The notes under the pieces are model-generated. The model did not search any database, had not been told where the DNA came from, and saw only the letters and a program-made list of their open reading frames with translations. Below, in pieces: positions 1 to 8,158 of a stretch of DNA of 20,000 bases. The DNA lies in IMG/VR virus record IMGVR_UViG_3300025769_000088. One strand, given 5' to 3'. The stretch comes from an uncultured virus (IMG/VR IMGVR_UViG_3300025769_000088). Its lineage: Duplodnaviria > Heunggongvirae > Uroviricota > Caudoviricetes. Every line of letters starts with the position of its first letter. Positions within the stretch are counted from its first letter, which is position 1. The position numbers and the translations under genes were made by a program.

Positions 1-132
1 CTGTTGATTGTTCGTGCCGACAATCGCTCGCTGGCGATAGCCCGCGAACTGCATCTCTTTGAACATGTAATTGACTTCCTCACCCCCCGAATCCTGGGTG
101 AACTGGATGTCAGGATGGGTTGGGTATGTCAT
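1..132 (-). CDS. Distal tail protein (lambda gpM-like), 5' part; runs off the window
   Basis: Not in the ORF track. ATG at 132 overlaps the TMP stop (ATGA). Translates MTYPTHPDIQFTQDSGGEEVNYMFKEMQFAGYRQRAIVGTNNQQ; FAGYRQRAIVGTN resembles the gpM motif FGDGYxQRxxxGLN. Position directly after TMP fits. Confidence 0.7.
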   Translation of the reverse strand, partial: MTYPTHPDIQFTQDSGGEEVNYMFKEMQFAGYRQRAIVGTNNQQ

Positions 133-2969
133 ATCACATCCTCATTGGTCTTGCTGAACGCTCCGCCAGGACGCTGCTCCTGAGCAACGAACTCATTGAA
201 CTGGGCTCGCATCTGCTGCTCAAAGTCTTTGGCGATCTGGGCTCCGTTGCCTGCAGCATTGTCGCTGTTGCCTTCGACCGTAATGCTGACGTTCGGAGCA
301 TACGCGACTGAGGTCACATTGCCACCGCCCGGCATCCGGCCAGTCTGGTTGAGATATTCCAGGCCAGCCATGTTCGGACGACTCGCGGCAGCGTTGACCA
401 CAAACTCATCGCGAGACAGTAACGCATTCACTGAGTCACTGACTCCTGTGCCGGGACCATGGACTCGACCGCCTGTGGCGAACCGTGCAGGCACTGCAGG
501 ATTGTCCTGCACGAATCCTCCGCCGCTGAACCCAGGGAGGCCGAAGGCGTCTCCTACTGAACCTCCGCCCGAGAAGCCGAAGATGCCGCCGAAGAATCCG
601 CCGAAGAACCCCATCAAAGGCTTGATGATCAGCATTCTCACGACCATGCGGGCAAGGTCGGCGATGATGCTGTTGATCAGCGACTTGAAGTCCAGCTTAC
701 CGGTTGTAACGAAGCCGACGAGCGCGTCTTCCAGACTACTGAAGATGGAGTTGAAAGCCTGTCCCATCTCATTGCCCGCTGCTTGAGCGGTTTGTCCAAA
801 GCTCCTGGCGGCTTCCCCGACTCGCTTAAATTGAGCGACTCCTGCATTTCCGAAGTCATCTACTTTAGTTTTGGCTTCAATTAACTTGTCTACTGTTCCC
901 TGAAGTTCATCCGTTGAGCTGCTGCTGCCTCCTGGACCAATGTCTCCTCCACCTGCACCTATCGTCACAGTGTCTGACTCTGTCCTTGCAGCAGCACCTG
1001 CACCTGCAGCAATGGCACTAAGTCTCTGCAGCACTCCTGCATAAGCATTGGTCAAGGCTTCTGCCGTCTTTTGCGCAGCAGCAACCAGGATGGTGTCTGC
1101 TTCAGTGGCAACTTCATCCACCTTGCTGAGTGCGGCTGTCTTTTCATCCGCTCGCAGGGTCTCTGCCTTTTTCTTAATCTCGTCCAGTTTGATAATCGAA
1201 GAGGTCACTGCTCCCTGCAATGCAACAGACTGCTCTGCCAGTGCTTTGTCATTTTGAAGTTTGTCCAGCAACGGCTGAAGCTCTTCCAGAAGCAACTTGT
1301 AATTCTTCAGACCCTCTCCCGGCTTAATGCTTTCCAAGGCTTGATTTATCGTTCCTACCTTTTCAGCGATCTGTGCCTGAACTTCCAGATTTTTAGTGCC
1401 TGATCTTTCTGAGATTGACTCTATCTGAGTCAGTACGCCTTTCACTTCCTTCTGAAGGCTCAGCTTCCTGTTCAAGGCTTCTTCTTCTCGGCGATCCATC
1501 TCAAGCCCGCCGCCGACAAGAGTATCCTGGCCCGTCATCTTCTTGTTCATTTCCAGAACCCCTCGTCTCGCATCTTTTTCGACTTTGTTGTACGCCTCTA
1601 TGTACAATTGGCCGATCTTTGTGCGCACGTCCGCCGCAAAAGCACCTACTCCTGGTTTCCACATTTGAAGCTGCCCATTAGACATGAGCTTCTGCATACC
1701 TTCCCTGTCTTCAGGCATTTCCAGTCCAGACTTACGCAACGTCTCCGGAGTATCTGGGTCATTCATAATCGCTTCCAAGCCCTTTATCCGGCCCCTCTCC
1801 TGCAGCTGCTTTTGGATCGCCGGTTCTTTGAGGGCAAATCCTGCAAGGTAGTCGTCGAACAGTCCTCCCAATCCTCCCGCTCCTTGGAAGTGCATGAAAT
1901 GTGAGATGATGTCCGCCAATGCGTTTGCGATCCTCATCATGAAGTCCGCAACTTGTCCCAGCCCTTTCGCCAAGAGATGAAAGGCACTTCCTAAATTGAA
2001 GCTGCCTCCCGTCATTCTTCTCAGAACAGCGTCAATGCCTGCCAATGTCAGCAGCAGTGCCCCTAAAGGGCCAGTCTTAATAACTGTCTTTGCGAAAGAC
2101 GCTGCAAAGAATAGAGCGGCTCCTCCAGCCAGGCGGAGAGCATCGTGAAGGACACTTCCTGCGTTCTCCGCGACATTCAGCATTGTTCGACTCAGTGACT
2201 GAGTGATGTCGTTGGCTTGATCAAACTCACCAATCACTTCTGTGAGTTCATCTTTAAGACGTACGAAGGACTGAGACAGGGTAGGCAAGGAGCCTGCGAA
2301 CCTGTTCGCAATGGCATCTTCCGCCTTCAGGAAAGCATCGATAATAACCTCTCCTGTCAACTCTCCTTGCTCTCCCAGTTTTCTAAGTTCTCCAATAGAA
2401 ACTCCCAGACTGTCAGCAATGATTTCAGCGACGGTCGGCAACTGCTCAAGTACAGAACGAAGCTCTTCACCCTTCAGTCCTGCCGCCCCCATGCCCTGCG
2501 TCAATTGACGAATAGCATTCTCCGCTTCAATCGTCGTGGCTCCTGAAAGAATGGTTTCCTGGGAAAGTGCCTTGGTGAATCGGAGCAAATCATTTTGAGT
2601 CTTGCCGAGTCCTTTTGCGTTTCGAGTAGTTCGCGTGTAAAGCTGAACTACGGACTCCATAGAAGTCCTGGTCTCTCGGGATACTGCCAGCAGCTTTTTT
2701 CGAACTACCGTCAATTCTTTTTCCGAGTTGATCACTGTGCGAATCTTATTGTTCATCACAGTGAAGCTCTCAGCCATTCGAAGGGCGGCACGAATACCTG
2801 CCGCCGCAAACAATGTCTGAACAGCTCTTCTCAGCAGAAAGATTTGACGAGAAGCTAAGTTGGCTTTTTCTCCAAGTTTACCAGCAGCTCCTCCTAGAGC
2901 ATTAAGGTCTCTGCCAACGACTCGTGTGCCGTCAGACCGAACTCTGATGTGCAGTGTGTTGGTGGCCAT
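129..2969 (-). CDS. Tail tape measure protein (946 aa)
   Basis: Long Ala/Gly-rich helical ORF. N-terminal tape-measure domain (AIRQLTQGMGAAGLKGEELRSVLEQLP), lambda-type C-terminal segment (SLEDALVGFVTTGKLDFKSLINSIIADLAR) and FATGGRVHGPGTGVSDSV motif. Downstream of the tail chaperones. Confidence 0.95.
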   Translation of the reverse strand: MATNTLHIRVRSDGTRVVGRDLNALGGAAGKLGEKANLASRQIFLLRRAVQTLFAAAGIRAALRMAESFTVMNNKIRTVINSEKELTVVRKKLLAVSRETRTSMESVVQLYTRTTRNAKGLGKTQNDLLRFTKALSQETILSGATTIEAENAIRQLTQGMGAAGLKGEELRSVLEQLPTVAEIIADSLGVSIGELRKLGEQGELTGEVIIDAFLKAEDAIANRFAGSLPTLSQSFVRLKDELTEVIGEFDQANDITQSLSRTMLNVAENAGSVLHDALRLAGGAALFFAASFAKTVIKTGPLGALLLTLAGIDAVLRRMTGGSFNLGSAFHLLAKGLGQVADFMMRIANALADIISHFMHFQGAGGLGGLFDDYLAGFALKEPAIQKQLQERGRIKGLEAIMNDPDTPETLRKSGLEMPEDREGMQKLMSNGQLQMWKPGVGAFAADVRTKIGQLYIEAYNKVEKDARRGVLEMNKKMTGQDTLVGGGLEMDRREEEALNRKLSLQKEVKGVLTQIESISERSGTKNLEVQAQIAEKVGTINQALESIKPGEGLKNYKLLLEELQPLLDKLQNDKALAEQSVALQGAVTSSIIKLDEIKKKAETLRADEKTAALSKVDEVATEADTILVAAAQKTAEALTNAYAGVLQRLSAIAAGAGAAARTESDTVTIGAGGGDIGPGGSSSSTDELQGTVDKLIEAKTKVDDFGNAGVAQFKRVGEAARSFGQTAQAAGNEMGQAFNSIFSSLEDALVGFVTTGKLDFKSLINSIIADLARMVVRMLIIKPLMGFFGGFFGGIFGFSGGGSVGDAFGLPGFSGGGFVQDNPAVPARFATGGRVHGPGTGVSDSVNALLSRDEFVVNAAASRPNMAGLEYLNQTGRMPGGGNVTSVAYAPNVSITVEGNSDNAAGNGAQIAKDFEQQMRAQFNEFVAQEQRPGGAFSKTNEDVI

Positions 2970-3433
2970 TACTTGAAAATCTTTCTGGCGTTCTTGATTA
3001 CTTCCAACGTGCCAAACTGAAGTGCTCTTTCGGCAAATCTCGGATAAGGAGTTCTGTCAGGAGGGGGAGCACTTCGAGGCTTAATGTTACCGACATTCAA
3101 ATCATTGATGTAGGGCAGACTGTTGCTGATCCAGACATCCTGTCCAGTACGTCGGCCCTTGATAGCAGCGTTCACTGCCACTTGTGCGGCTGCCCCAGAA
3201 GCCGACGCAGTGCTGCCGTATTCCCCAGGGGAATACGGCAGTCGAGTCACCGTAGAGGGACTGCCCAGGGAGCCGGTCCAGTTGCTGAGTGCCTGGCTGG
3301 TGTCGACCGGAGTGGTCGCGATGACTTCCTTCGCGATGGCACGTCCGGCCAACTCCACAATTCGGTTGACGGACTTTTCAACCTCCTCTGCCCTGCCGAT
3401 CATTTCAATTCTAAATCTTGCAGGACTAGCCAT
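2969..3433 (-). CDS. HK97 gp10-like tail completion/neck protein
   Basis: TPVDTSQALSNW and VWISNSLPYINDLN motifs typical of the family; stop/start overlap with TMP. Confidence 0.8.
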   Translation of the reverse strand: MASPARFRIEMIGRAEEVEKSVNRIVELAGRAIAKEVIATTPVDTSQALSNWTGSLGSPSTVTRLPYSPGEYGSTASASGAAAQVAVNAAIKGRRTGQDVWISNSLPYINDLNVGNIKPRSAPPPDRTPYPRFAERALQFGTLEVIKNARKIFK

Positions 3434-3788
3434 TAGAACTTCCTTTTATCTTACGGTTCTTCTTCGACTGCTTTTCCTGCCACTCCAAAAATAGTCCGTC
3501 CATTTTTCGAATGAGCTTCAGCATGAGATAAGACATCTCTTCGTCCAGATTCCATTCTTTGCAATAAGTGATGATCGAAGAGTATGGAATAGGTCCAGTG
3601 CTCATGCCTAGTTGCCTGTCAGGAAAAATTTCCCAGAAGGCGTCGTAGTAAATGCTCAGTCCTTGAAGCAGCTCAGGCTCATCGAGAAGGGCCGCAGGTA
3701 TCTCAGATTCATCTTTGTCCTGATACCTCATGTGCATCACTTCTCGATGCTTTCCATACGCCAGTTGCCACTTCAGGACTTCTAGGAG
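3426..3788 (-). CDS. Tail assembly chaperone gpT portion, reached by -1 frameshift (gpGT fusion about 284 aa)
   Basis: The frame stays open from the slippery site (LLEVLKWQLAYGKHREVMHMRY...) into the 3426..3740 ORF. PELLQGLSIYYDAFWEI-DRQLGM-GPIPYSSI is typical of gpT-type domains. Confidence 0.8.
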   Translation of the reverse strand, partial: LLEVLKWQLAYGKHREVMHMRYQDKDESEIPAALLDEPELLQGLSIYYDAFWEIFPDRQLGMSTGPIPYSSIITYCKEWNLDEEMSYLMLKLIRKMDGLFLEWQEKQSKKNRKIKGSSNG

Positions 3789-4279
3789 TTTCCCTCCATG
3801 ATTTCTAACATCTCATCCTTGAAGGCTGCCGCTTCTCCGCACAGCTCCATGATCGTCGTAAAGGCTTCCGGATAATCCTCCAGAAGCTTCGTCAGATTCT
3901 TTTCAGTGATCGGAAGCAGCTCACTCGCTTCCTCATACGGAGTTGCTATAGGAGCACCTTCGTCATTCAGAGTGTACGGCTCGATGCCGTCGCACCACTG
4001 CTCGTTCACCTTTGTCTGCCACCCGGCAACGACCGTTCGTGCGTAGCAGGTTCTTTGAATCGCCTTCAACGGCTCTTCCAGTCCCGGCGGGATTCTATTG
4101 CCGTGTGCCAGGCGTAGACGTCGCATGTGGGGCTGCAGCAGCTTCGAATGCAGTTTGTCATACTCTTTGTTGCCGCCGCCTGCTCGACGAAGCTTGACCT
4201 TCGTATCTTCGTCCAGTTCGAACCACGCTCCGTCCGCCTCTCGTGCAGGGTCCGTCCCGAAATTACTGTTCAATCCCAT
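3782..4279 (-). CDS. Tail assembly chaperone gpG (165 aa)
   Basis: Follows the tail tube gene; FGTD...GAWF...KLRRAGGGNKEY N-terminus; ends EGNS at the slippery site; SD AGGAG upstream. Confidence 0.85.
   Translation of the reverse strand: MGLNSNFGTDPAREADGAWFELDEDTKVKLRRAGGGNKEYDKLHSKLLQPHMRRLRLAHGNRIPPGLEEPLKAIQRTCYARTVVAGWQTKVNEQWCDGIEPYTLNDEGAPIATPYEEASELLPITEKNLTKLLEDYPEAFTTIMELCGEAAAFKDEMLEIMEGNS
3788..3794 (-). other. Programmed -1 ribosomal frameshift heptamer G GGA AAC
   Basis: X XXY YYZ heptamer in the correct phase just before the gpG stop (GAG GGA AAC TCC TAG); the -1 frame is open and joins the downstream ORF. Confidence 0.85.
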
Positions 4280-4304
4280 CTCAATCTCCTGTGTGCATCA
4301 CTCA

Positions 4305-4339
4305 ATAAAAAAGGCCCGGCCCTACAATGGACCGAGCCC
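4305..4339 (-). terminator. Rho-independent terminator after the tail tube gene
   Basis: RNA GGGCUCGGUCC-AUUGUA-GGGCCGGGCCU (11-bp stem including G-U pairs) followed by a U-run. Confidence 0.85.
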
Positions 4340-4360
4340 GAAGTCCTCGTCGAAGTTCAA

Positions 4361-5905
4361 TTAGCTGCCTGCGGCTGTCGGCAGGTAGTCAAAGAACACG
4401 GCAGCCAGAATATGATTCAAAGTGCTGGCGACATCAATGCCGTTGGCACCTTCACTGGTCAGTGGAAGCTTGATCGGAGAATCTGCTTCAACGTTTGCCA
4501 GTGCTCCTGAGCCAGCCAGTAGTGGGATGTCGAAACTGATTCCCGTGTTCTGGTGGTACAAACTGAAGTCGACCGTCAGGTCACTGTTGGATCGCACCGA
4601 GGCCAATGCCGAAACATTGGCAAAGAAGGCTTCGAGTTCCAGCTGAACTCCGAAGTCACCTTCCGACATCTCAAAGGCACCTGTCGTACCAATCGCGAGG
4701 TTGCGCGACAGGTTATTGTTGATCGTCAATGTCAACTCACCGATCTGAGCAAACAGTGCCGCAGGATTACTGTCCGTCGAAGAGACCACATTGATCTTGA
4801 TGCGAGGCACGCTCGACGAAGAGTTGAAGGCGTCTTCAGCAACCAAGGCAGGACGAGTGCCTGACTTGATGTTGCCTGCTGTCACCGTCTCATGATCAAG
4901 ACCCATGAACGCGGCGTCGACAGTGACCTTCTCGGCCTCAGGAATGTTCAGAGCCAATTCACTGCAGACGGCACCCGTGATGTACTCGGCCTGCACATCT
5001 CCTGGGCTGGAATCGTTCGGAGCACCGAGCTGGCGCTCGACCTGAAACGTCTTGCGAACGATCAGTGATCCGACCTCGTTCTTGAGCAGTCGCCCCAGGA
5101 AGATGCGGATTGTTTTGCCGGTGCCGTCATCGGTGACCATCGTGCCTTGCGTCTTGTCGAAGGTCATGACGTTGGCAGCCACCGATCGAACGCGGGCATA
5201 GCCATTGTTCGCTGCCGTCGCGAATTGTTCGGCGGTCAGGTCACCACCAATGTAGACCATCTCTCCCGGCAGAATGCCGAGTTCTGTTAGGTCTTTGGTG
5301 GTCGTAATCAGCGTTGGAAATCCGGACGTTGTCAGGATTTCGGCATCGCCAGAAGCGAACTCGTGTCCGACCACAACCAGGCTGGCGTCAGTCGGAGGAG
5401 TCTCGTCGACAGTTACGTCTTCATCGACAACCACCGTGGTCGTTGTAGAGCTGGCAACTGTGAACAAGGCATTATTCGCAGAATTAGTGAAGCCCGACGC
5501 AAGTACCAGGTCGTTGACCAGGAAATCGTCACCATCGGCATCGACCGTGAAAGTCTCGGTGGCTGCATCCACATCCGTGATCTCGGTGTCGTTGGCGTTG
5601 ATCTTCTCCGCCTTACGCCGGGCAACCGAGTACAGGTAGCCTTCCAGCAGAGCAAACATGTTGCTGTAGGTCAGGTCGCTGTTGAACCCAGCCTTGGCCT
5701 CAACGTCGACCACCGGTCCTTTGCGGCCCATGCGGTCAGACTTGATCGGCTTACGTGGAGCCGTGGTAATATCACCCCCGACGTCGTCGTAGCCGTTCGG
5801 CTCGTAAGGAGTCCATACAGGAGTTCCTGGCAAAACACCGATCGAGTCTTCGACCGCGATGCTGAGCTGTGTTTTATTACTGGAGATCGCTTGTAGTTCA
5901 GCCAT
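4361..5905 (-). CDS. Major tail tube protein (514 aa) with inserted beta domains
   Basis: N-terminus (AVEDSIGVLPGTPVWTPYEPNGYDDVGG, ARKPIKSDR-like segment) resembles large siphovirus tail tubes. Lies between the terminator and chaperone genes and is followed by a terminator. Confidence 0.85.
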   Translation of the reverse strand: MAELQAISSNKTQLSIAVEDSIGVLPGTPVWTPYEPNGYDDVGGDITTAPRKPIKSDRMGRKGPVVDVEAKAGFNSDLTYSNMFALLEGYLYSVARRKAEKINANDTEITDVDAATETFTVDADGDDFLVNDLVLASGFTNSANNALFTVASSTTTTVVVDEDVTVDETPPTDASLVVVGHEFASGDAEILTTSGFPTLITTTKDLTELGILPGEMVYIGGDLTAEQFATAANNGYARVRSVAANVMTFDKTQGTMVTDDGTGKTIRIFLGRLLKNEVGSLIVRKTFQVERQLGAPNDSSPGDVQAEYITGAVCSELALNIPEAEKVTVDAAFMGLDHETVTAGNIKSGTRPALVAEDAFNSSSSVPRIKINVVSSTDSNPAALFAQIGELTLTINNNLSRNLAIGTTGAFEMSEGDFGVQLELEAFFANVSALASVRSNSDLTVDFSLYHQNTGISFDIPLLAGSGALANVEADSPIKLPLTSEGANGIDVASTLNHILAAVFFDYLPTAAGS

Positions 5906-6405
5906 CAGGTCACCTCGTCAAATTGAAATTCGGTAAGGAAGTCCACGCGAAATACGAGACCACCTCTGATTTTACCAATTACTTGAGTCCGAGGATTCTT
6001 GAAGAAGACCCCGCCAGAAGTACTCGTCCCTTTGAACGCCTTGCCTGCCATTGTAGCCAGTGCCATTGCCAGAAAAAGCCCATCTCCAGCAGGCACATTG
6101 ATCTGCAATGTCAGTGTTCCGGTGTGCTCGAATCGATTCGCTCCCGAGTTGCGACCTACGTTTGTCTGACGACTGGTAGCAGGTTGCCATAGCAGTTGAG
6201 CCCAGGGGGCGATGTTGTTTCCTGTTGCCGACTCGCGGTCGCGAACTACCGCATCTACTTTGTTCGGAAATTGAATGGGGACGCCGTCAATGACAAGGTC
6301 TCCATCCACATGGTCCAGCGTCCAGGTTGCTTCAGGGTCGTGTTCCCAGACACTCAGCAGCTGGAGCACCGATTGGTCGTATGCTTGTGACTCAGAGGCA
6401 GGCAT
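5905..6405 (-). CDS. Tail terminator protein (probable start 6405, MPASESQAY)
   Basis: TGATG overlap with the upstream gene and SD GGAGGT. PWAQL...RFEHTGTLTLQINVPAGDG...F pattern; immediately precedes the tail tube gene. Confidence 0.7.
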   Translation of the reverse strand: MPASESQAYDQSVLQLLSVWEHDPEATWTLDHVDGDLVIDGVPIQFPNKVDAVVRDRESATGNNIAPWAQLLWQPATSRQTNVGRNSGANRFEHTGTLTLQINVPAGDGLFLAMALATMAGKAFKGTSTSGGVFFKNPRTQVIGKIRGGLVFRVDFLTEFQFDEVT

Positions 6406-6830
6406 CAGGCTTCTACCTCCAGCCAATAAAACAGAACTGTTCCACCAGGATTTGGTCCGTAGACTGATTTAATGGCCCATGTCTTTTCTCCCTGCTGAAC
6501 TGAAGTAAAATCGTCGAGCGTGACTCCTAACGCCGCTGGTCCTTTAGTGAGCCAGCCATCCGTCTGCGTCTGAATCAAATCCTGCAGAGCCTGCTGAATA
6601 AACTGCCCTTGAACCGTTGAGCGTATCTCTCCGATGGATACCGCGTTGGCAGTGACGAAGTGTCCCGCCGGAGCATTTGCCAGGTCCCATACTTCTACAG
6701 CAGGCTTTCGATGAGGAGCATCATTATCCACGACCGTTCGAGGAATCTTCAGGAAGGATACTTCCTGCCCAAACTCGTCGACCAACTCATTCACCAGCTC
6801 AGTGAATTCTGTGTAGTCGAACGTGGCCAT
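6405..6830 (-). CDS. Head closure/stopper protein (probable start 6830, MATFDYTEF)
   Basis: MATFDY..F..LV.EFGQ.V N-terminus and W.I..V..PNPGGTVLFY.LEV C-terminus typical of head-closure proteins; synteny supports the call. Confidence 0.7.
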   Translation of the reverse strand: MATFDYTEFTELVNELVDEFGQEVSFLKIPRTVVDNDAPHRKPAVEVWDLANAPAGHFVTANAVSIGEIRSTVQGQFIQQALQDLIQTQTDGWLTKGPAALGVTLDDFTSVQQGEKTWAIKSVYGPNPGGTVLFYWLEVEA

Positions 6831-6907
6831 GGAACGCTTTCTTAAAGGAGGCAGCCCGACAAGCAACAGCCAAGAAGCAGCCTGACTGCCTCCCTCACAC
6901 AGGAATC

Positions 6908-7468
6908 TTAAATTCTAGTCATTCGTTTGGAGCTGGTACGTGCCAGAAACTTTTCAAGTAACAGATCAGCTGCCGGGTATTCTTTGAAGACCGAGTCGCG
7001 AACCAGAGAGGACTTCTGACGCAGCCCTCCGTTCTTCATGAACTTCTCACGCTTCTCGATCGGCCCAATTTTCTTTTCGACTTCTTCAACTTCGAGACCT
7101 TGTGTTGAAGGATCAGCAATCAGCGCGGCAGTGATGGCCCTCACAGCGTACTCGCCAACCGCCTTCTGTAACTCTGGTGGAATCTCGACATTCGAATAGA
7201 GCAGCCGCTGATGCCGGTCGTAGACATTGTACCTGGGCCAGGACAACTCGTTGGTGTTATCGTTTTTGTCGCCGATCCACTTTTCACTGAACCGTTTTTC
7301 GATGTAGTCCGTCGCTTTGATCAGGATGTATTCCTTCTCAGCCTCGGTCGCCAGAGCATCCCACGCGGTATTGCCGCCTCGGTCATCGAAGTAGGCTTGG
7401 ACGAACGCCACGGTGGTGTAGGAGTTGGCATTTGCCACACCCGTCCCATCTTCGACGATCATTGTCAT
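6908..7468 (-). CDS. Head-tail adaptor (DnaT-like phage family)
   Basis: MIVEDGTGVANANSY, LIKATDYIE, LSWPR, IPPELQKA, EKKIGPIE and YPAADLLLEKFL are hallmark motifs of this adaptor family. Confidence 0.85.
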   Translation of the reverse strand: MTMIVEDGTGVANANSYTTVAFVQAYFDDRGGNTAWDALATEAEKEYILIKATDYIEKRFSEKWIGDKNDNTNELSWPRYNVYDRHQRLLYSNVEIPPELQKAVGEYAVRAITAALIADPSTQGLEVEEVEKKIGPIEKREKFMKNGGLRQKSSLVRDSVFKEYPAADLLLEKFLARTSSKRMTRI

Positions 7469-7509
7469 GGCGTTCTCCCAAGCTGATTACTTCGTTGACT
7501 GCTTCGCGA

Positions 7510-8070
7510 TTACGCCGTGCGGTTAAGCCCAGGGAAGGCTTCGTCCACTTCCTTGCGAGTGACGTTGGGAACGACTTCTCGCAGACCAGTGATGTTGACT
7601 TCGCCGTTCGACTTCCAGTACTTGTCCTCGTCGCGAGGAAGCTCTTCGAGCGTCTTGCGAAGTTCAGCGACAGGTCCGGGGACTTCCCATGGGTTGGGAG
7701 TTGTGGCAGCCTCTTCCAACTTCTCTGCATCCTGCTTCACGACTTCTTTGACCGGCTCTTCTTTGACCGGCTCTTCTTTGGCCTCTGGTGCCGCCGCTCC
7801 TCGTTTCTTCCAGCCGCTGGACAGCATTGTTTCCAACTGACCCTTGTCGCACCAGGATTCTTTACCTGATTCGATGTGCGTGATGGCAATCTGATTGGTG
7901 TGGTCGTTGATTGCGATTTCTGCCTCTGACAAAATCGGAGGATTCGGATCATCGACAATGACCCAGACCGGCTTGCCTTCTCCGTCCGTTTGAGACGTGA
8001 ACGCTTTCAGCTGACCTTCGCTACAGCGAAGTGTCTTTTGGCCGTTGCTGATGAAGATGATTTTCGACAT
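7510..8070 (-). CDS. Hypothetical head-associated protein (186 aa) with duplicated N-terminal module, Lys/Glu/Pro linker and small C-terminal domain
   Basis: SD ACAGGA. Sits between the capsid and adaptor genes. The C-terminal DEDKYWKSNGEVNITGL...VTRKEVDEAFP resembles small domains often seen at this locus. Confidence 0.65.
   Translation of the reverse strand: MSKIIFISNGQKTLRCSEGQLKAFTSQTDGEGKPVWVIVDDPNPPILSEAEIAINDHTNQIAITHIESGKESWCDKGQLETMLSSGWKKRGAAAPEAKEEPVKEEPVKEVVKQDAEKLEEAATTPNPWEVPGPVAELRKTLEELPRDEDKYWKSNGEVNITGLREVVPNVTRKEVDEAFPGLNRTA
7745..7780. repeat. 15-nt tandem repeat (TCTTTGACCGGCTCT x2.4) encoding KEEPVKEEPVKE
   Basis: Directly visible in the sequence. Confidence 0.85.
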
Positions 8071-8091
8071 CTTAAATTCCTGTGTGAATTG

Positions 8092-8138
8092 AAAAGTAAA
8101 AAAATATGCCGGGCAGGCAGAGGTTGCCTGCCCGGCAT
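8092..8138 (-). terminator. Rho-independent terminator after the major capsid gene
   Basis: Perfect 14-bp stem ATGCCGGGCAGGCA/TGCCTGCCCGGCAT (8106-8138) with a 5-nt loop, followed on the minus strand by ATTTTTTTACTTTT. Confidence 0.92.
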
Positions 8139-8158
8139 CAATTTTCAGTCAGCGGAGA

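Noticed and set aside
560..615. GCCGAAGAA-type short repeats
   Set aside because: Explained by the GFFGGFFGGIFGF peptide repeat in the TMP C-terminus.
2969..3433. HK97 gp10-like gene placed between chaperones and TMP rather than in the neck cluster
   Set aside because: As I recall, this order occurs in known siphoviruses with this type of tail tube, so it is not treated as novel.
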